The notes: generated by a model not told the origin, from the sequence alone. Positions 1 to 9,107 are shown, numbered from the stretch's first letter. The stretch: DNA of 64,000 bases from Acidobacteriota bacterium (GCA_947467605.1 CANIII010000001.1:56846-120845); one strand, 5' to 3'. A program made the numbers and translations.

Positions 1-99
1 CTCCTTGTACTTGTCGTGAAACGCGCGCGGGTTCCGGCCCGGATACCGCGGGCGCCGTGTGTGCACGCCGAATTCTACCGTGGCCGCGCCGCACGTCAT
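1..99 (-). CDS. 5' end of an unidentified CDS that continues past the left edge of the window
   Basis: Reverse-strand ATG at 99..97 opens a frame (MTCGAATVEFGVHTRRPRYPGRNPRAFHDKYKE...) that stays open to position 1. Third codon positions are mostly G/C. Too short to identify. Confidence 0.3.
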   Translation of the reverse strand, partial: MTCGAATVEFGVHTRRPRYPGRNPRAFHDKYKE

Positions 100-113
100 C
101 GTAAGCTGCACTC

Positions 114-1823
114 GTGCGCCTGACTCCTCGCTTCGTTGTCGTCCTTGTCATCCTGGTCGCCCTCGCTGGGACCGGCACGATCGTCTCGACCCAAACACCA
201 GCGATCGATCGCGGCATTCGCATCGCATCCGGCGCATCCGCGCTCGCGCCAGGCACGTCGGATCCCAGCGCGCTCGCGACGCTGCGCAGTTGGGATCAAC
301 GCATCACCGACATGGATCGGTCCGGCGACATGCAGCGCATCGCCTCGGTCGACGACGCCATCGTCGCCGGCCGCGTGCAGGAGCGATTCGTCCAACGTCA
401 TCGCGGCGTGCCGGTGTTTGGCGGCGACGTCACGCGTCAACTGAATCGCTTCGGCCAGGCCGAGTCAGTGTTTGGCGCGTTCTATCCCGACATCGCGATT
501 GACGTGACGCCGACCATCAGCGCAGACGACGCGCGCGCGCGCTTGGGCCGAGTGGGCAACGGCACACCGCATGGCCGCGGCGAGGTCGAGCTCATGGTGC
601 TGCCGTCGAGCGACGGGACCTACCGGCTCACGTGGACGGCGCGCGTGTTCTCGAGCGCAGACGCCTGGATTCGCCGCGTGTTCATCGACGCCCACACGGG
701 GGCGACCGTCCTGACCTACAACGACACGTGGACGCAGACCGCGTCGGTCGGCAGCGGCGCGGGCGTGCTCGGCGACAAGAAGAAAGTCATGACGAGTTTG
801 CAGAGCGGCAAGTACCTTGCCGTGGACCTCATGCGTCCGCCGGATCTGCGCACCTACGGATCGTTTCCCAAAGGGAGCATGCTCACGTTCGACCTGAAGA
901 ACAACATCAGCTACGCGGTCAAGATTTTCGACACGGCCTCGCCCGCCGTCTCGGACATCGCGACTGACGATGACAATCTGTGGACGGATCCGGGGTTGGT
1001 CGACGCGCACACGTATGCGGGATACACCTACGATTTCTACAACAAGCGTTTCTCGCGCAAGGGGCTCGACAACAACAATCTTCAGACGTGGACCTTCGTC
1101 AATCCCGTGCGCGCGCAGGACTACACGATCTACTACAACCAGTATTCGTCGCTCTTCCTCAATGCGGCGTATCTGGGCGGCGGCAACATCTATTACGGCG
1201 TCGGGCTGCCCTCCGGCGTCACGCTCGGCGGACAGCAGTGGTATCCGTTCTCCGGCGCGCTCGACGTGGTTGCGCATGAACTGACGCACGGCGTCACCGA
1301 CTACACATCGAAACTCATCTACTCCGGCGAGTCAGGCGCGCTCAACGAGTCGTTCTCCGACATGATGGGCATCGCGGTCGAGTTCTACTTTCAGTCGCAG
1401 GGCTCCGGCGTGGGACAAGCGGATTGGCTGATCGGTGAAGACATTGCGCGACCGGGCGGCCTGCGTTCGGCAGCGGCGCCTAACAGCTACGGCGACCCGG
1501 ATCATTACTCGCTGAAGTACACCGGCACCGGCGACAACGGCGGCGTGCACACGAACTCCAGCATCGTGAATCACATGTACTACCTCGCGATCATCGGTGG
1601 CACCAACCGCGTCTCTAAGCAGACGGTGACCGGCGTCGGGTTCGAGAATCGCACACAGATCGAGAACGTCATCTACCGCGCGTTCACGGTGTTGATGCCG
1701 GCCAATGCGACGTTTGCGGTCGCACGTGCCGCCACGATTCAGGCCGCGCGTGACCTCTACGGCGCCAACAGTGCCGCCGAACGTTCCATCACGCAAGCCT
1801 GGTCCGCCGTCGGAGTCAGCTAA
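114..1823 (+). CDS. Secreted M4 (thermolysin-like) zinc metalloprotease
   Basis: 569-aa ORF with an N-terminal hydrophobic anchor (MRLTPRFVVVLVILVALAG). Zinc motif VVAHELTHGV is followed by GALNESFSD, the HExxH...E arrangement of family M4. Confidence 0.9.
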   Translation: MRLTPRFVVVLVILVALAGTGTIVSTQTPAIDRGIRIASGASALAPGTSDPSALATLRSWDQRITDMDRSGDMQRIASVDDAIVAGRVQERFVQRHRGVPVFGGDVTRQLNRFGQAESVFGAFYPDIAIDVTPTISADDARARLGRVGNGTPHGRGEVELMVLPSSDGTYRLTWTARVFSSADAWIRRVFIDAHTGATVLTYNDTWTQTASVGSGAGVLGDKKKVMTSLQSGKYLAVDLMRPPDLRTYGSFPKGSMLTFDLKNNISYAVKIFDTASPAVSDIATDDDNLWTDPGLVDAHTYAGYTYDFYNKRFSRKGLDNNNLQTWTFVNPVRAQDYTIYYNQYSSLFLNAAYLGGGNIYYGVGLPSGVTLGGQQWYPFSGALDVVAHELTHGVTDYTSKLIYSGESGALNESFSDMMGIAVEFYFQSQGSGVGQADWLIGEDIARPGGLRSAAAPNSYGDPDHYSLKYTGTGDNGGVHTNSSIVNHMYYLAIIGGTNRVSKQTVTGVGFENRTQIENVIYRAFTVLMPANATFAVARAATIQAARDLYGANSAAERSITQAWSAVGVS

Positions 1824-1824
1824 C

Positions 1825-2562
1825 ATGCGCCGCTACTCGTTCATCGCCATCACGCTGGCCATCACCGCACTCCTGTCTGCGACGGCGGCGGCCGCGCAGA
1901 CCGGCGCGGTCATCAGCGTCAACGGCATCTATCAAGGCGGCACCGAGGCCGTGTCGAACACCGTCTCGTTCACGGCCAACGCTGAGACGGCCACATTCAC
2001 ATCGAACTTCCCGGTGAAATCGGGCCCCGGTTTCGACGCGGGCCTGCGCGTGGGTGTGCGTGGCGCGATCGGCGTGGCCATTGGCATCACGCGCTTCACG
2101 GCCACGGGAAACGCCGACGTGACCGCGAAGATCCCGCACCCGTTCTTCTTCAATCAGCCACGAAGCATTGCCGGCACCGCGAATCTGTCGCGTGAGGAGA
2201 CCACGACGCGCCTCGCGATCGTGTTCAGTTCAGCAGCCAACAAGCGCGTGCAGGTATCGGCGTTCGTCGGCCCGGCGTTCTTCTCCGTGAAACAGACCCT
2301 CGTGGACGCGGTGAGCTATACCGACAGCTACCCGTACGACACCGCCACGTTCGGCCAGGCGACGACCAAACAGGTCACCAAGTCGAAAACCGGCGTCACA
2401 GCGGGTGCCGAGGTCAGCTACTTCTTCGCCAAGCACGTCGGTATTGGCCTGACGGCGGCCGTGGCCAAGGCCACGATCCCCATCACCGCCGTGGACGGGT
2501 CATCGGTGAGCCTGAGCGCCGGGGGCACTCAGATCGGCGCCGGCCTCCGGTTCCGGTTCTAG
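1825..2562 (+). CDS. Outer-membrane beta-barrel protein (hypothetical)
   Basis: ATG at 1825, one nt after the M4 stop codon. Signal peptide MRRYSFIAITLAITALLSATAAAAQ, alternating beta-strand-like sequence, C-terminal GLRFRF. The track ORF start at 1705 lies inside the upstream gene and is rejected. Confidence 0.7.
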   Translation: MRRYSFIAITLAITALLSATAAAAQTGAVISVNGIYQGGTEAVSNTVSFTANAETATFTSNFPVKSGPGFDAGLRVGVRGAIGVAIGITRFTATGNADVTAKIPHPFFFNQPRSIAGTANLSREETTTRLAIVFSSAANKRVQVSAFVGPAFFSVKQTLVDAVSYTDSYPYDTATFGQATTKQVTKSKTGVTAGAEVSYFFAKHVGIGLTAAVAKATIPITAVDGSSVSLSAGGTQIGAGLRFRF

Positions 2563-2647
2563 GCGGCCGCCGCAGTTCTGCGTAGCGCCGAGTACGTATT
2601 TGTTCTACATTGTTCCTTCGGTTACTCTTTTTGCGGAGGCACTTGCT

Positions 2648-3034
2648 ATGAAGTCTGGAATGTTGCGTGCGGTAGGCGTGATGCTGCTGGTTGGCGCGGC
2701 CGCGTGCTCGACGGTCAACAAGCACGTCAGCAAGGGCTTTGAGGCGTACCAGAAGTTCGACTATGCCACGGCCTAAATTGAATTCAAGAAGGCACTCGAA
2801 GACGACAAGGACGATCCCTACGCGCAGCTGAACATGGGCGCGCTGTATCAGGCAACCGGCCGGCCGCAGCTCGCGATCGGGTTCTACAAGATCGTGCTTG
2901 AGAGCGGCAAGAACATCCGGCCGAATCGCAAGACGGCGAACGCCAAGACGCAGCAGGCCAGCCCCACGCTTGCCGAGATTGCACAAGCCAACCTCGCCGC
3001 ACTCGCTGCCGCGGCCACCCCGATCAAGAAATAA
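2648..3034 (+). pseudogene. TPR-repeat lipoprotein gene interrupted by one in-frame TAA (2774..2776)
   Basis: GGAGG lies 8 nt upstream of ATG 2648. Lipoprotein signal MKSGMLRAVGVMLLVGAAAC. The frame continues as ...FEAYQKFDYATA*IEFKKALEDDKDDPYAQLNMGALYQATGRPQLAIGFYKIVLE..., so the stop sits inside a TPR helix pair. The downstream 66-aa track ORF (2834..3034) is in the same frame (2834-2648=186). An intrinsic terminator follows. Confidence 0.6.
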
Positions 3035-3053
3035 GCACCCGTCAGAAACACCA

Positions 3054-3090
3054 ATGGCCGGACGGCAATCGCCGCCCGGCCATTTTTGTT
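3054..3090 (+). terminator. Rho-independent terminator after the TPR lipoprotein gene
   Basis: Hairpin TGGCCGGACGGC-AATC-GCCGCCCGGCCA followed by TTTTTGTT. Confidence 0.7.
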
Positions 3091-3091
3091 G

Positions 3092-4756
3092 CTATCTCTG
3101 TCCCGCTCCGCCCACACGTCCCGTGCCGGGCAATTGTGGCATCGTCGCCGGCGTGAAGCGCGGCAACATCTGATCGCGCATCGCGAGGTGATACACCGCC
3201 GAGGCCACCGCGATCGCTGAACGCTTCACGTCCGCTTCGACGATCCGCTCGAGCGTGTCGAGGTTGGTGTGCCACGTGTGGCTGTTGTATTCCATGCCGT
3301 CCTGGCCGAGGCCGATGCCTGGCAGACCCGCCGCATTGAACGACGTGCTGTCTGTGCCGCCGGCCGCGCGGCTCGTGGTCACCGTGGCGCCGTAGACGCC
3401 GATGTCTTCGAACGGCTTGAAGAACTGGCCGAGGACCTGTCCGGCCTCGGGCGGGCCGAACACCGAACCGCCGTGGATCTGTCCGGTGCCGCCATCCACG
3501 TTGAAGTAACCGTTGAACTTCGCGAACTCCGGCTTTGGCGCTTCCGCTGTGCCGAAGTGCTGCGCGACATACGCCTTCGAACCCAGCAGGCCTTCTTCCT
3601 CACCAGCCCAGAGCGCGACGCGAATCGTGCGGCGCGGCTTCACGCCGAGCGACTGCAGGATGCGCGCGGCTTCCATCATCACCGCGCAGCCGATGGCGTT
3701 GTCAGTCGCGCCGGTCGCCGAGTGCCACGAGTCGAGGTGCCCACCGAGCATCACCACTTCATCGGCTTTGTCGGTGCCCGGAATCTCCGCGATCGTGTTG
3801 TAGGTCGTCTTGCCGGCGGGATAGAGCTCGTTCGTAATCGCGAACTCGAGCCGCACCGGTGTACCGTCCGCGAGGATGCGCGTGATGCGGCCGTAGTCTT
3901 CGTTGCGCATGACGACGGTCGGCACGGTCTTGGCGGCATCGTAGCCGGCGAAGTTGAATGCGCGAATCTGGCCGTGCTCGCGCGCGGCGTCGTTCACGCG
4001 CACCGCAGCGGCGTTCTTGACCAGAAAGTCGTTCACCGCGGTCGCGACCTGCGCTGCAGTCAGTGTGCCCGCAGGCGGTGCCGCGGGTGGCGCGCCGGCG
4101 CCGCCGGGCCGTGCACCGCGACCCCCAGCGTTCGGATCCGCCGGCGCACCGCCGTACCGCGCGCGCGACTGCTCTTCGGTTTGGCGTTTCGCGGGCGGCA
4201 CTTCCTGAAACGGCACCCAGGTATGCGGCCCGACGAGCACGACAGCGCCCTTCACTTTGGTGGCCATCGAGTCGAGATACGTCTTGAGGGTCGCGTCGGT
4301 CGCGTTCGCGGGTGTCAGCAAGTTCACGGCGTTGGCCACGACCGTGCCCTTCGTCGACGGCGTCCACGCCAGCACTTCGAACACGAGGTTGTCCTGCACG
4401 GGTGCAATCAGATGTCCGGTGGCCTTCTTGTTGAGCCAACCACCGGCCGGCGTCACGGTCGCGGTCTTGAACTCGAACGGCTCCAGGTGACCATTCTTCA
4501 TGCCCCATTCGGTCATCTGCGTGATGGCCCACTTGGCGGCGTTCTCGTGATTCGGTGAACCGGTGACACGCGGCCCATACACATCCGTCAGAAAATGCAT
4601 CGTCCGCATGATCTGCGAATGATCCATGCCTTCGGTACGGATCCGTGCGTTCATGGCCGTGTCGATTTTTTCTGCGGGCGCTTGCTGGGCCTGCAGAGCG
4701 GGCAGGCCGGCGGCGAGACCGAAGGCCAGAACTGGGGCAATCCATTTGCGAAACAT
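3092..4756 (-). CDS. Secreted M28 family aminopeptidase with PA-domain insert
   Basis: Signal peptide MFRKWIAPVLAFGLAAGLPALQAQ. M28 metal-ligand regions GGHLDSWHSATGATDNAIG and RVALWAGEEEGLLGS. Paralogue of the gene at 40176..41786. Confidence 0.85.
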   Translation of the reverse strand: MFRKWIAPVLAFGLAAGLPALQAQQAPAEKIDTAMNARIRTEGMDHSQIMRTMHFLTDVYGPRVTGSPNHENAAKWAITQMTEWGMKNGHLEPFEFKTATVTPAGGWLNKKATGHLIAPVQDNLVFEVLAWTPSTKGTVVANAVNLLTPANATDATLKTYLDSMATKVKGAVVLVGPHTWVPFQEVPPAKRQTEEQSRARYGGAPADPNAGGRGARPGGAGAPPAAPPAGTLTAAQVATAVNDFLVKNAAAVRVNDAAREHGQIRAFNFAGYDAAKTVPTVVMRNEDYGRITRILADGTPVRLEFAITNELYPAGKTTYNTIAEIPGTDKADEVVMLGGHLDSWHSATGATDNAIGCAVMMEAARILQSLGVKPRRTIRVALWAGEEEGLLGSKAYVAQHFGTAEAPKPEFAKFNGYFNVDGGTGQIHGGSVFGPPEAGQVLGQFFKPFEDIGVYGATVTTSRAAGGTDSTSFNAAGLPGIGLGQDGMEYNSHTWHTNLDTLERIVEADVKRSAIAVASAVYHLAMRDQMLPRFTPATMPQLPGTGRVGGAGQR

Positions 4757-4777
4757 TGAGCGTTCCTCCGAGGAGGA

Positions 4778-5158
4778 TTATTTCATCGAGACGGCCGCGG
4801 CGTACCCGGCAAACACAGCGGCGAGGCCGACCCCGATTTGGAGCGCGATATTCCCAAACGCCTGTCCCATCCGGCCTTCCTGAACCAGCGTCAGCGTGTC
4901 GAGGCCGAGTGACGAAAACGTTGTGAAGCCGCCCATCACGCCCACGAAGATCAACGCGCGTCGGTCGGGACTCAGGATCATCTGCTGTGTGGCTACGAGT
5001 CCGGCCAGGAGGCCGATGATCGCGCAACCGAGAATATTGACGATGGCCGTGGCGTGCGGCAGCGTGGAGCCGAGCGTGCGATTTACGAGCACGTTGACGC
5101 CATGTCGTGCCATCGACCCAACGGCACCGCCGATCCCGACGAGCAGAAACGCGGCCAT
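4778..5158 (-). CDS. crcB: Fluoride ion channel CrcB/FluC
   Basis: 126-aa protein with four hydrophobic segments. Contains GIGGAVGSMARH and GVMGGFTTFSS, typical of CrcB. Confidence 0.85.
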   Translation of the reverse strand: MAAFLLVGIGGAVGSMARHGVNVLVNRTLGSTLPHATAIVNILGCAIIGLLAGLVATQQMILSPDRRALIFVGVMGGFTTFSSLGLDTLTLVQEGRMGQAFGNIALQIGVGLAAVFAGYAAAVSMK

Positions 5159-5164
5159 CTCAGC

Positions 5165-5530
5165 TCACCCGCCGAGCGGACCACGTGCGAAACAGAGGTC
5201 GTCGACGACGCGACCATTGATGATGTGCTCCTGCAACACCCGCTCGATGTTCTCCGGCGTGAGGTCTCGGTACCAGGTGCCTTCGGGATACACGACGCCA
5301 ACCGGGCCGCCCGTGCAAATGCGCAAGCAATTGCAGCGCGTGCGATAGGCCGGTCCATTGGGCCCGGTGAGACCGAGTTCCTTCGTGCGGCGTTTCAAGT
5401 AGTCCCATGACGCCATACCGGCCTCGCTGTCGACACAGTCGGGCCCTGCGCAGAGAAACATGTGGCGCGTGAGTTCGCCAATGCCGAAGAGTTCGGCAGC
5501 GGCTTCTGGTGTGGTGCGGTCTTTCGACAT
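5165..5530 (-). CDS. Thioredoxin-like [2Fe-2S] ferredoxin domain protein
   Basis: Cysteine pattern FLCAGPDC...RCNCLRICTGGPVGVVYPEGTWY, characteristic of (2Fe-2S) ferredoxin-domain proteins. Confidence 0.7.
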   Translation of the reverse strand: MSKDRTTPEAAAELFGIGELTRHMFLCAGPDCVDSEAGMASWDYLKRRTKELGLTGPNGPAYRTRCNCLRICTGGPVGVVYPEGTWYRDLTPENIERVLQEHIINGRVVDDLCFARGPLGG

Positions 5531-5537
5531 CGGTCCG

Positions 5538-6956
5538 TCAGTTCTCGACCGGCAGGCCGGCCTTGGCCCACGCGCCGAAACCGCCCGTGAGATTGATCAC
5601 GCGATCGAGGCCACGCGTCTTGAGTACGCTGGCGCCAATCATCGAGCGCGCGCCACCGGCACACTGCATCACGATCGGCTTGCCCTGTGGAATCTCCTCG
5701 AACCGCTCGGTCAACCGCCCGAGGGGAATATGCAGCGCGCCCTTGATGTGGCCGCCGGACCATTCATTGACGTTGCGCACATCCACCAGCGTGACGCCGC
5801 CGTTCTTGATCGACTCGGCGAGGTCCATGACGCCGATCTGCGGAATCTGCGACAGCGGATGCTGCGCGGACGACGACCAGGCGGCGACCGCGGAGGGATT
5901 GAACCACCCGCCAATCCGATCGAGTCCGATCATCGCCAGATCGCGCACGGCCGTGTCGACCAGAGCCGCGTCGCCAATCAGATAGAAGTCTTCGGTGTAG
6001 GGCACGAACCAGCCCATCCACGTCGTGAAGCTGCCGTTCATCGGCACGTTGATGGTGCCCGGCACGCCGCCCATCGCGAATTCTGCCGCTGGTCGCATGT
6101 CGACGACCCGCGCACCGGACGCCAGTACGGGCGCGAGATCTGCCGCAGGCGTTTCGGCCGGACGCGTGAAGCCACCGAGTACGCGCGGCCCGATCTTGTT
6201 CACGCGCTTCATCTCCGCGAAGTACTTCGGCGGGTCCGGCTGGCCTTCGAGCACCGCGTTGACGAATTCCTGCTCGGTCTTGCATTGAAACGCCCAGTTG
6301 AATCGCTTCTCGTAGCCAAGCGTGCTGTGTGGAATCGCACTGATGCCCTTGCCACAGGACGAGCCGGCACCATGTCCCGGCCAGATCTGCAGCCACTCGG
6401 GCCGCGCACGGAACGCTTCGATCGATTTCCAGAGCGTGCGCGCGCCGACTTCCATCGTGCCTTTGAGATTCGCGGCTTTCTCGAGCAGGTCCGGTCGACC
6501 CACATCGCCGACGAAGATGAAATCCCCTGTGGCCGCAGCGATCGGCTCGTCGGCGGCCGCGCGATCGGTAATCAGGAATGAAATGTGCTCCGGCGTGTGC
6601 CCCGGTGTGTGCACGACCTCGAGATCGATATTGCCAACCGTCAGGTGATCGCCGTGCTTCACGAGCACCGCGCCGTCGGCCGCGGCAAACGCGTACTTCC
6701 AGTCCGCGTCGCCTTCATCCGACAGATACAGCGTGCCGCCCGATCGCGCCGCCAATTCACGAGCGCCGGAACAGAAATCAGCGTGGATGTGCGTCTCCGT
6801 GATGTGCGTAACCGTCGCACCTTCCGCGGCGGCCGCCTGAATGTACTGATCCACGTCGCGGTTCGGGTCGATGACGACGGCCTGGCCCTTGCCTTGACAC
6901 ACGATGAGATAGCTCGCCTGCGCCAGCTTCGGTTCAAAAAAGCGCTTCACAAACAT
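5538..6956 (-). CDS. MBL-fold hydrolase (persulfide-dioxygenase-like) fused to rhodanese domains
   Basis: N-terminal metallo-beta-lactamase motif THITETHIHADF. C-terminal rhodanese-like segments (VDVRNVNEWSGGHIKGALHIP, IVMQCAGGARS). Confidence 0.8.
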   Translation of the reverse strand: MFVKRFFEPKLAQASYLIVCQGKGQAVVIDPNRDVDQYIQAAAAEGATVTHITETHIHADFCSGARELAARSGGTLYLSDEGDADWKYAFAAADGAVLVKHGDHLTVGNIDLEVVHTPGHTPEHISFLITDRAAADEPIAAATGDFIFVGDVGRPDLLEKAANLKGTMEVGARTLWKSIEAFRARPEWLQIWPGHGAGSSCGKGISAIPHSTLGYEKRFNWAFQCKTEQEFVNAVLEGQPDPPKYFAEMKRVNKIGPRVLGGFTRPAETPAADLAPVLASGARVVDMRPAAEFAMGGVPGTINVPMNGSFTTWMGWFVPYTEDFYLIGDAALVDTAVRDLAMIGLDRIGGWFNPSAVAAWSSSAQHPLSQIPQIGVMDLAESIKNGGVTLVDVRNVNEWSGGHIKGALHIPLGRLTERFEEIPQGKPIVMQCAGGARSMIGASVLKTRGLDRVINLTGGFGAWAKAGLPVEN

Positions 6957-6975
6957 GGCAGTATCTTAACCATAC

Positions 6976-7707
6976 ATGCCCCGCTACAAGTTGACTGTCG
7001 AATACGCCGGAACGCGCTACAGCGGATGGCAAATCCAGCAGAACGCCAAGACCGTGCAGGGCGAACTCGTCCGCGCCATCAAGGAAGGCACCGGCGCGAA
7101 GCACGTCGAGACCTACGGCTCCGGACGCACCGATGCCGGCGTGCACGCGCTCGGCCAGGTGATGCACGCGGACCTGCCGCTGAACCTGCCGCCGGCCACG
7201 CTCATCATGCGGATCAACGACGCGCTGCCGGCCGACATCAACGTGCTCGACGCCGAGCGCGTCTCGCCGCGGTTCCACGCGCGCCACAGCGCCGTGGCCC
7301 GTCACTATCGCTATCAGATCTCTACACGTCGCACTGCGTTCGAGAAACCTTTCGTGTGGTGGGTGCGTGAACCGCTCGACCTCGCACGGATGCAGGCCGC
7401 GGCCGACGCGCTCACCGGCTTCGGCGACTTCCGATCGTTTACCGACGATGACCCGGAGGAAAAATCGACGCAGGTCCTGCTGACGTCGCTGACGATCACC
7501 GACGAATCGCCGCTGATCGTGGTCCGCGTGACCGGCTCGCACTTTCTCTGGAAGATGGTGCGGCGTCTGGTCGGCGTCATTGTCGAGGTCGGCCGCGGCG
7601 GACTCTCGCCGCACGACATGACGCGCCTGCTCCGCTCAGACTCAGAACTGCCGGCGAAGCTCACCGCACCGGCATCAGGCCTCTTCCTCGAGCACGTCGA
7701 CTACTGA
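6976..7707 (+). CDS. truA: tRNA pseudouridine(38-40) synthase TruA
   Basis: YKLTVEYAGTRYSGWQIQ and the catalytic GSGRTDAGVHALGQV motif. Confidence 0.9.
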   Translation: MPRYKLTVEYAGTRYSGWQIQQNAKTVQGELVRAIKEGTGAKHVETYGSGRTDAGVHALGQVMHADLPLNLPPATLIMRINDALPADINVLDAERVSPRFHARHSAVARHYRYQISTRRTAFEKPFVWWVREPLDLARMQAAADALTGFGDFRSFTDDDPEEKSTQVLLTSLTITDESPLIVVRVTGSHFLWKMVRRLVGVIVEVGRGGLSPHDMTRLLRSDSELPAKLTAPASGLFLEHVDY

Positions 7708-9053
7708 TCTTTCCGATATTTGCCGAGCCGATAGCGAATCTGATCGCGATGCACGCCAAGCAGGGACGCGGCGCGCGTCTGGTTGCCGCCGCTTCGATCG
7801 AGCGCCTGCATGACGAGGCTCTTCTCAACGTCATCCAGCCGGCACCCCTCGTCGGGCAGGCGGAAGGGCGTGGAGGCATCCGGCGCGACTGGCAGACCAC
7901 CGAGGCAGCCGAGGTGCGAGGGCTCGATCACCCCCCCGGAGGCGAGCATCACGGCGCGGTCGATCACGGCGCGCAATTCGTCGACATTGCCCGGCCAGTC
8001 GTAGGCCGACAACGCCGCTTCAGCCGCCGGCGACAACTCGCGAATATCGAGGCGGCGCGCCCGGCGATTCTGATCCACGAAGTGCCGCGCCAGGACGACG
8101 ACGTCCTCGCGGTGGTTGGCGAGGGGCGGCATCTCGAAGCCCAGCACGTTCAAGCGATAGAACAAGTCGGACGGAAACGTGCCGCGCTCCACGAGCGCCT
8201 CGATCGAACGCGTGGACGCCGCCATGATGCGCACGTCGACGCGGATGTCGGTGCTGCCGCCGACACGGCGAAATTCGCGCGACTCGAGATATCTCAGCAA
8301 ACGCCCCTGCAGTGACGGCGACAGCGTGTCGACATCGTCGAGCAGGATGGTGCCTTCGTGCGCTTCGTCAAAGACGCCGCGCACGTGCGTGCCGACTTCG
8401 ACGCCCGGCTGCGGCTCCCGACCGAAGAGCTCGGCGTCGAGCGCCTCTTCGGACATGGCGGCGCACGGCACTTTCAGGAACGGTCGCATGGCGCGGCCGC
8501 CGCCGCAGTGGATGACGCGCGCCACGTGATCGCGGCCAGTCCCGCGACCGCCGACGAGCAACACCGGCGCGTCTTCGCTGGCCGCCACCTTGCGCGCCAG
8601 CGCGCGGGTGCGCTCCATGGCCGGGGACACGCCGAGGAGTGACGTCGGCGTGAACGGCCGCGCGAGGCGGTCGCGCAGCGTACGCAGTTCGCGTCGCAGG
8701 CGTGTCACTTCAAATGCGCGCACCATGCGACGCGCGATGTCGTCAGGATCAATCGGCTCGTACGCGTAGTCGAACGCGCCGCCGGCCAGCGCCGTGGTGA
8801 CCATAGCGGCGTCTTCACGACCAGCGAGCAGGATGATCGGCGGATCCGGATCTCGATCGTGCACGCCGGCCAGGACGGCCAGCGCAGCTTCATTCGGCAT
8901 ACGAGCGTCGAGGATGACGGCGTCAATGCCGGCGTCGGCGCGTTCGACCGCGTCCTCAGCCGTGTCGGCTTCCACCACCTCGTGACCATCCGCGCGCAGC
9001 CGTTCGGCCAGCGGCCAGCGCATCGGCACGATCAGCACGCGTTTCGCCGACAT
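7701..9053 (-). CDS. Sigma-54 activator (NtrC/Fis family) paralogue with degenerate receiver and AAA+ motifs
   Basis: Receiver-like N-terminus, AAA+ core and a C-terminal Fis-type HTH (GNQTRAASLLGVHRDQIRYRL). Walker A reads GGRGTGRD. The GAFTGA position reads GVEVGTHVRGVFDEA. The receiver lacks the DD pair and the conserved Lys (YAYEPID). Confidence 0.8.
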   Translation of the reverse strand: MSAKRVLIVPMRWPLAERLRADGHEVVEADTAEDAVERADAGIDAVILDARMPNEAALAVLAGVHDRDPDPPIILLAGREDAAMVTTALAGGAFDYAYEPIDPDDIARRMVRAFEVTRLRRELRTLRDRLARPFTPTSLLGVSPAMERTRALARKVAASEDAPVLLVGGRGTGRDHVARVIHCGGGRAMRPFLKVPCAAMSEEALDAELFGREPQPGVEVGTHVRGVFDEAHEGTILLDDVDTLSPSLQGRLLRYLESREFRRVGGSTDIRVDVRIMAASTRSIEALVERGTFPSDLFYRLNVLGFEMPPLANHREDVVVLARHFVDQNRRARRLDIRELSPAAEAALSAYDWPGNVDELRAVIDRAVMLASGGVIEPSHLGCLGGLPVAPDASTPFRLPDEGCRLDDVEKSLVMQALDRSGGNQTRAASLLGVHRDQIRYRLGKYRKDQ

Positions 9054-9107
9054 AGTGCCGTCATTGTGCCATCATCAGCAGGTCCGGGGGATACACGAGG
9101 GGGGCGC

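Noticed and set aside
465-1289. Long antisense or overlapping ORFs in the six-frame track. Examples: 465..1289(-), 3269..4558(+), 3759..5027(-), 5460..6581(+), 11578..12669(-), 18170..20326(+), 23461..24279(-), 25293..26426(+), 33108..33926(-), 34209..35117(-), 36108..37784(+), 40887..41927(+), 61134..62474(+), 62846..63544(-).
   Set aside because: All lie opposite or out of frame to genes with clear family motifs. Their translations are Arg/Ala/Pro/Gly-rich with no recognisable motif. This is typical of stop-poor shadow frames in GC-rich DNA.
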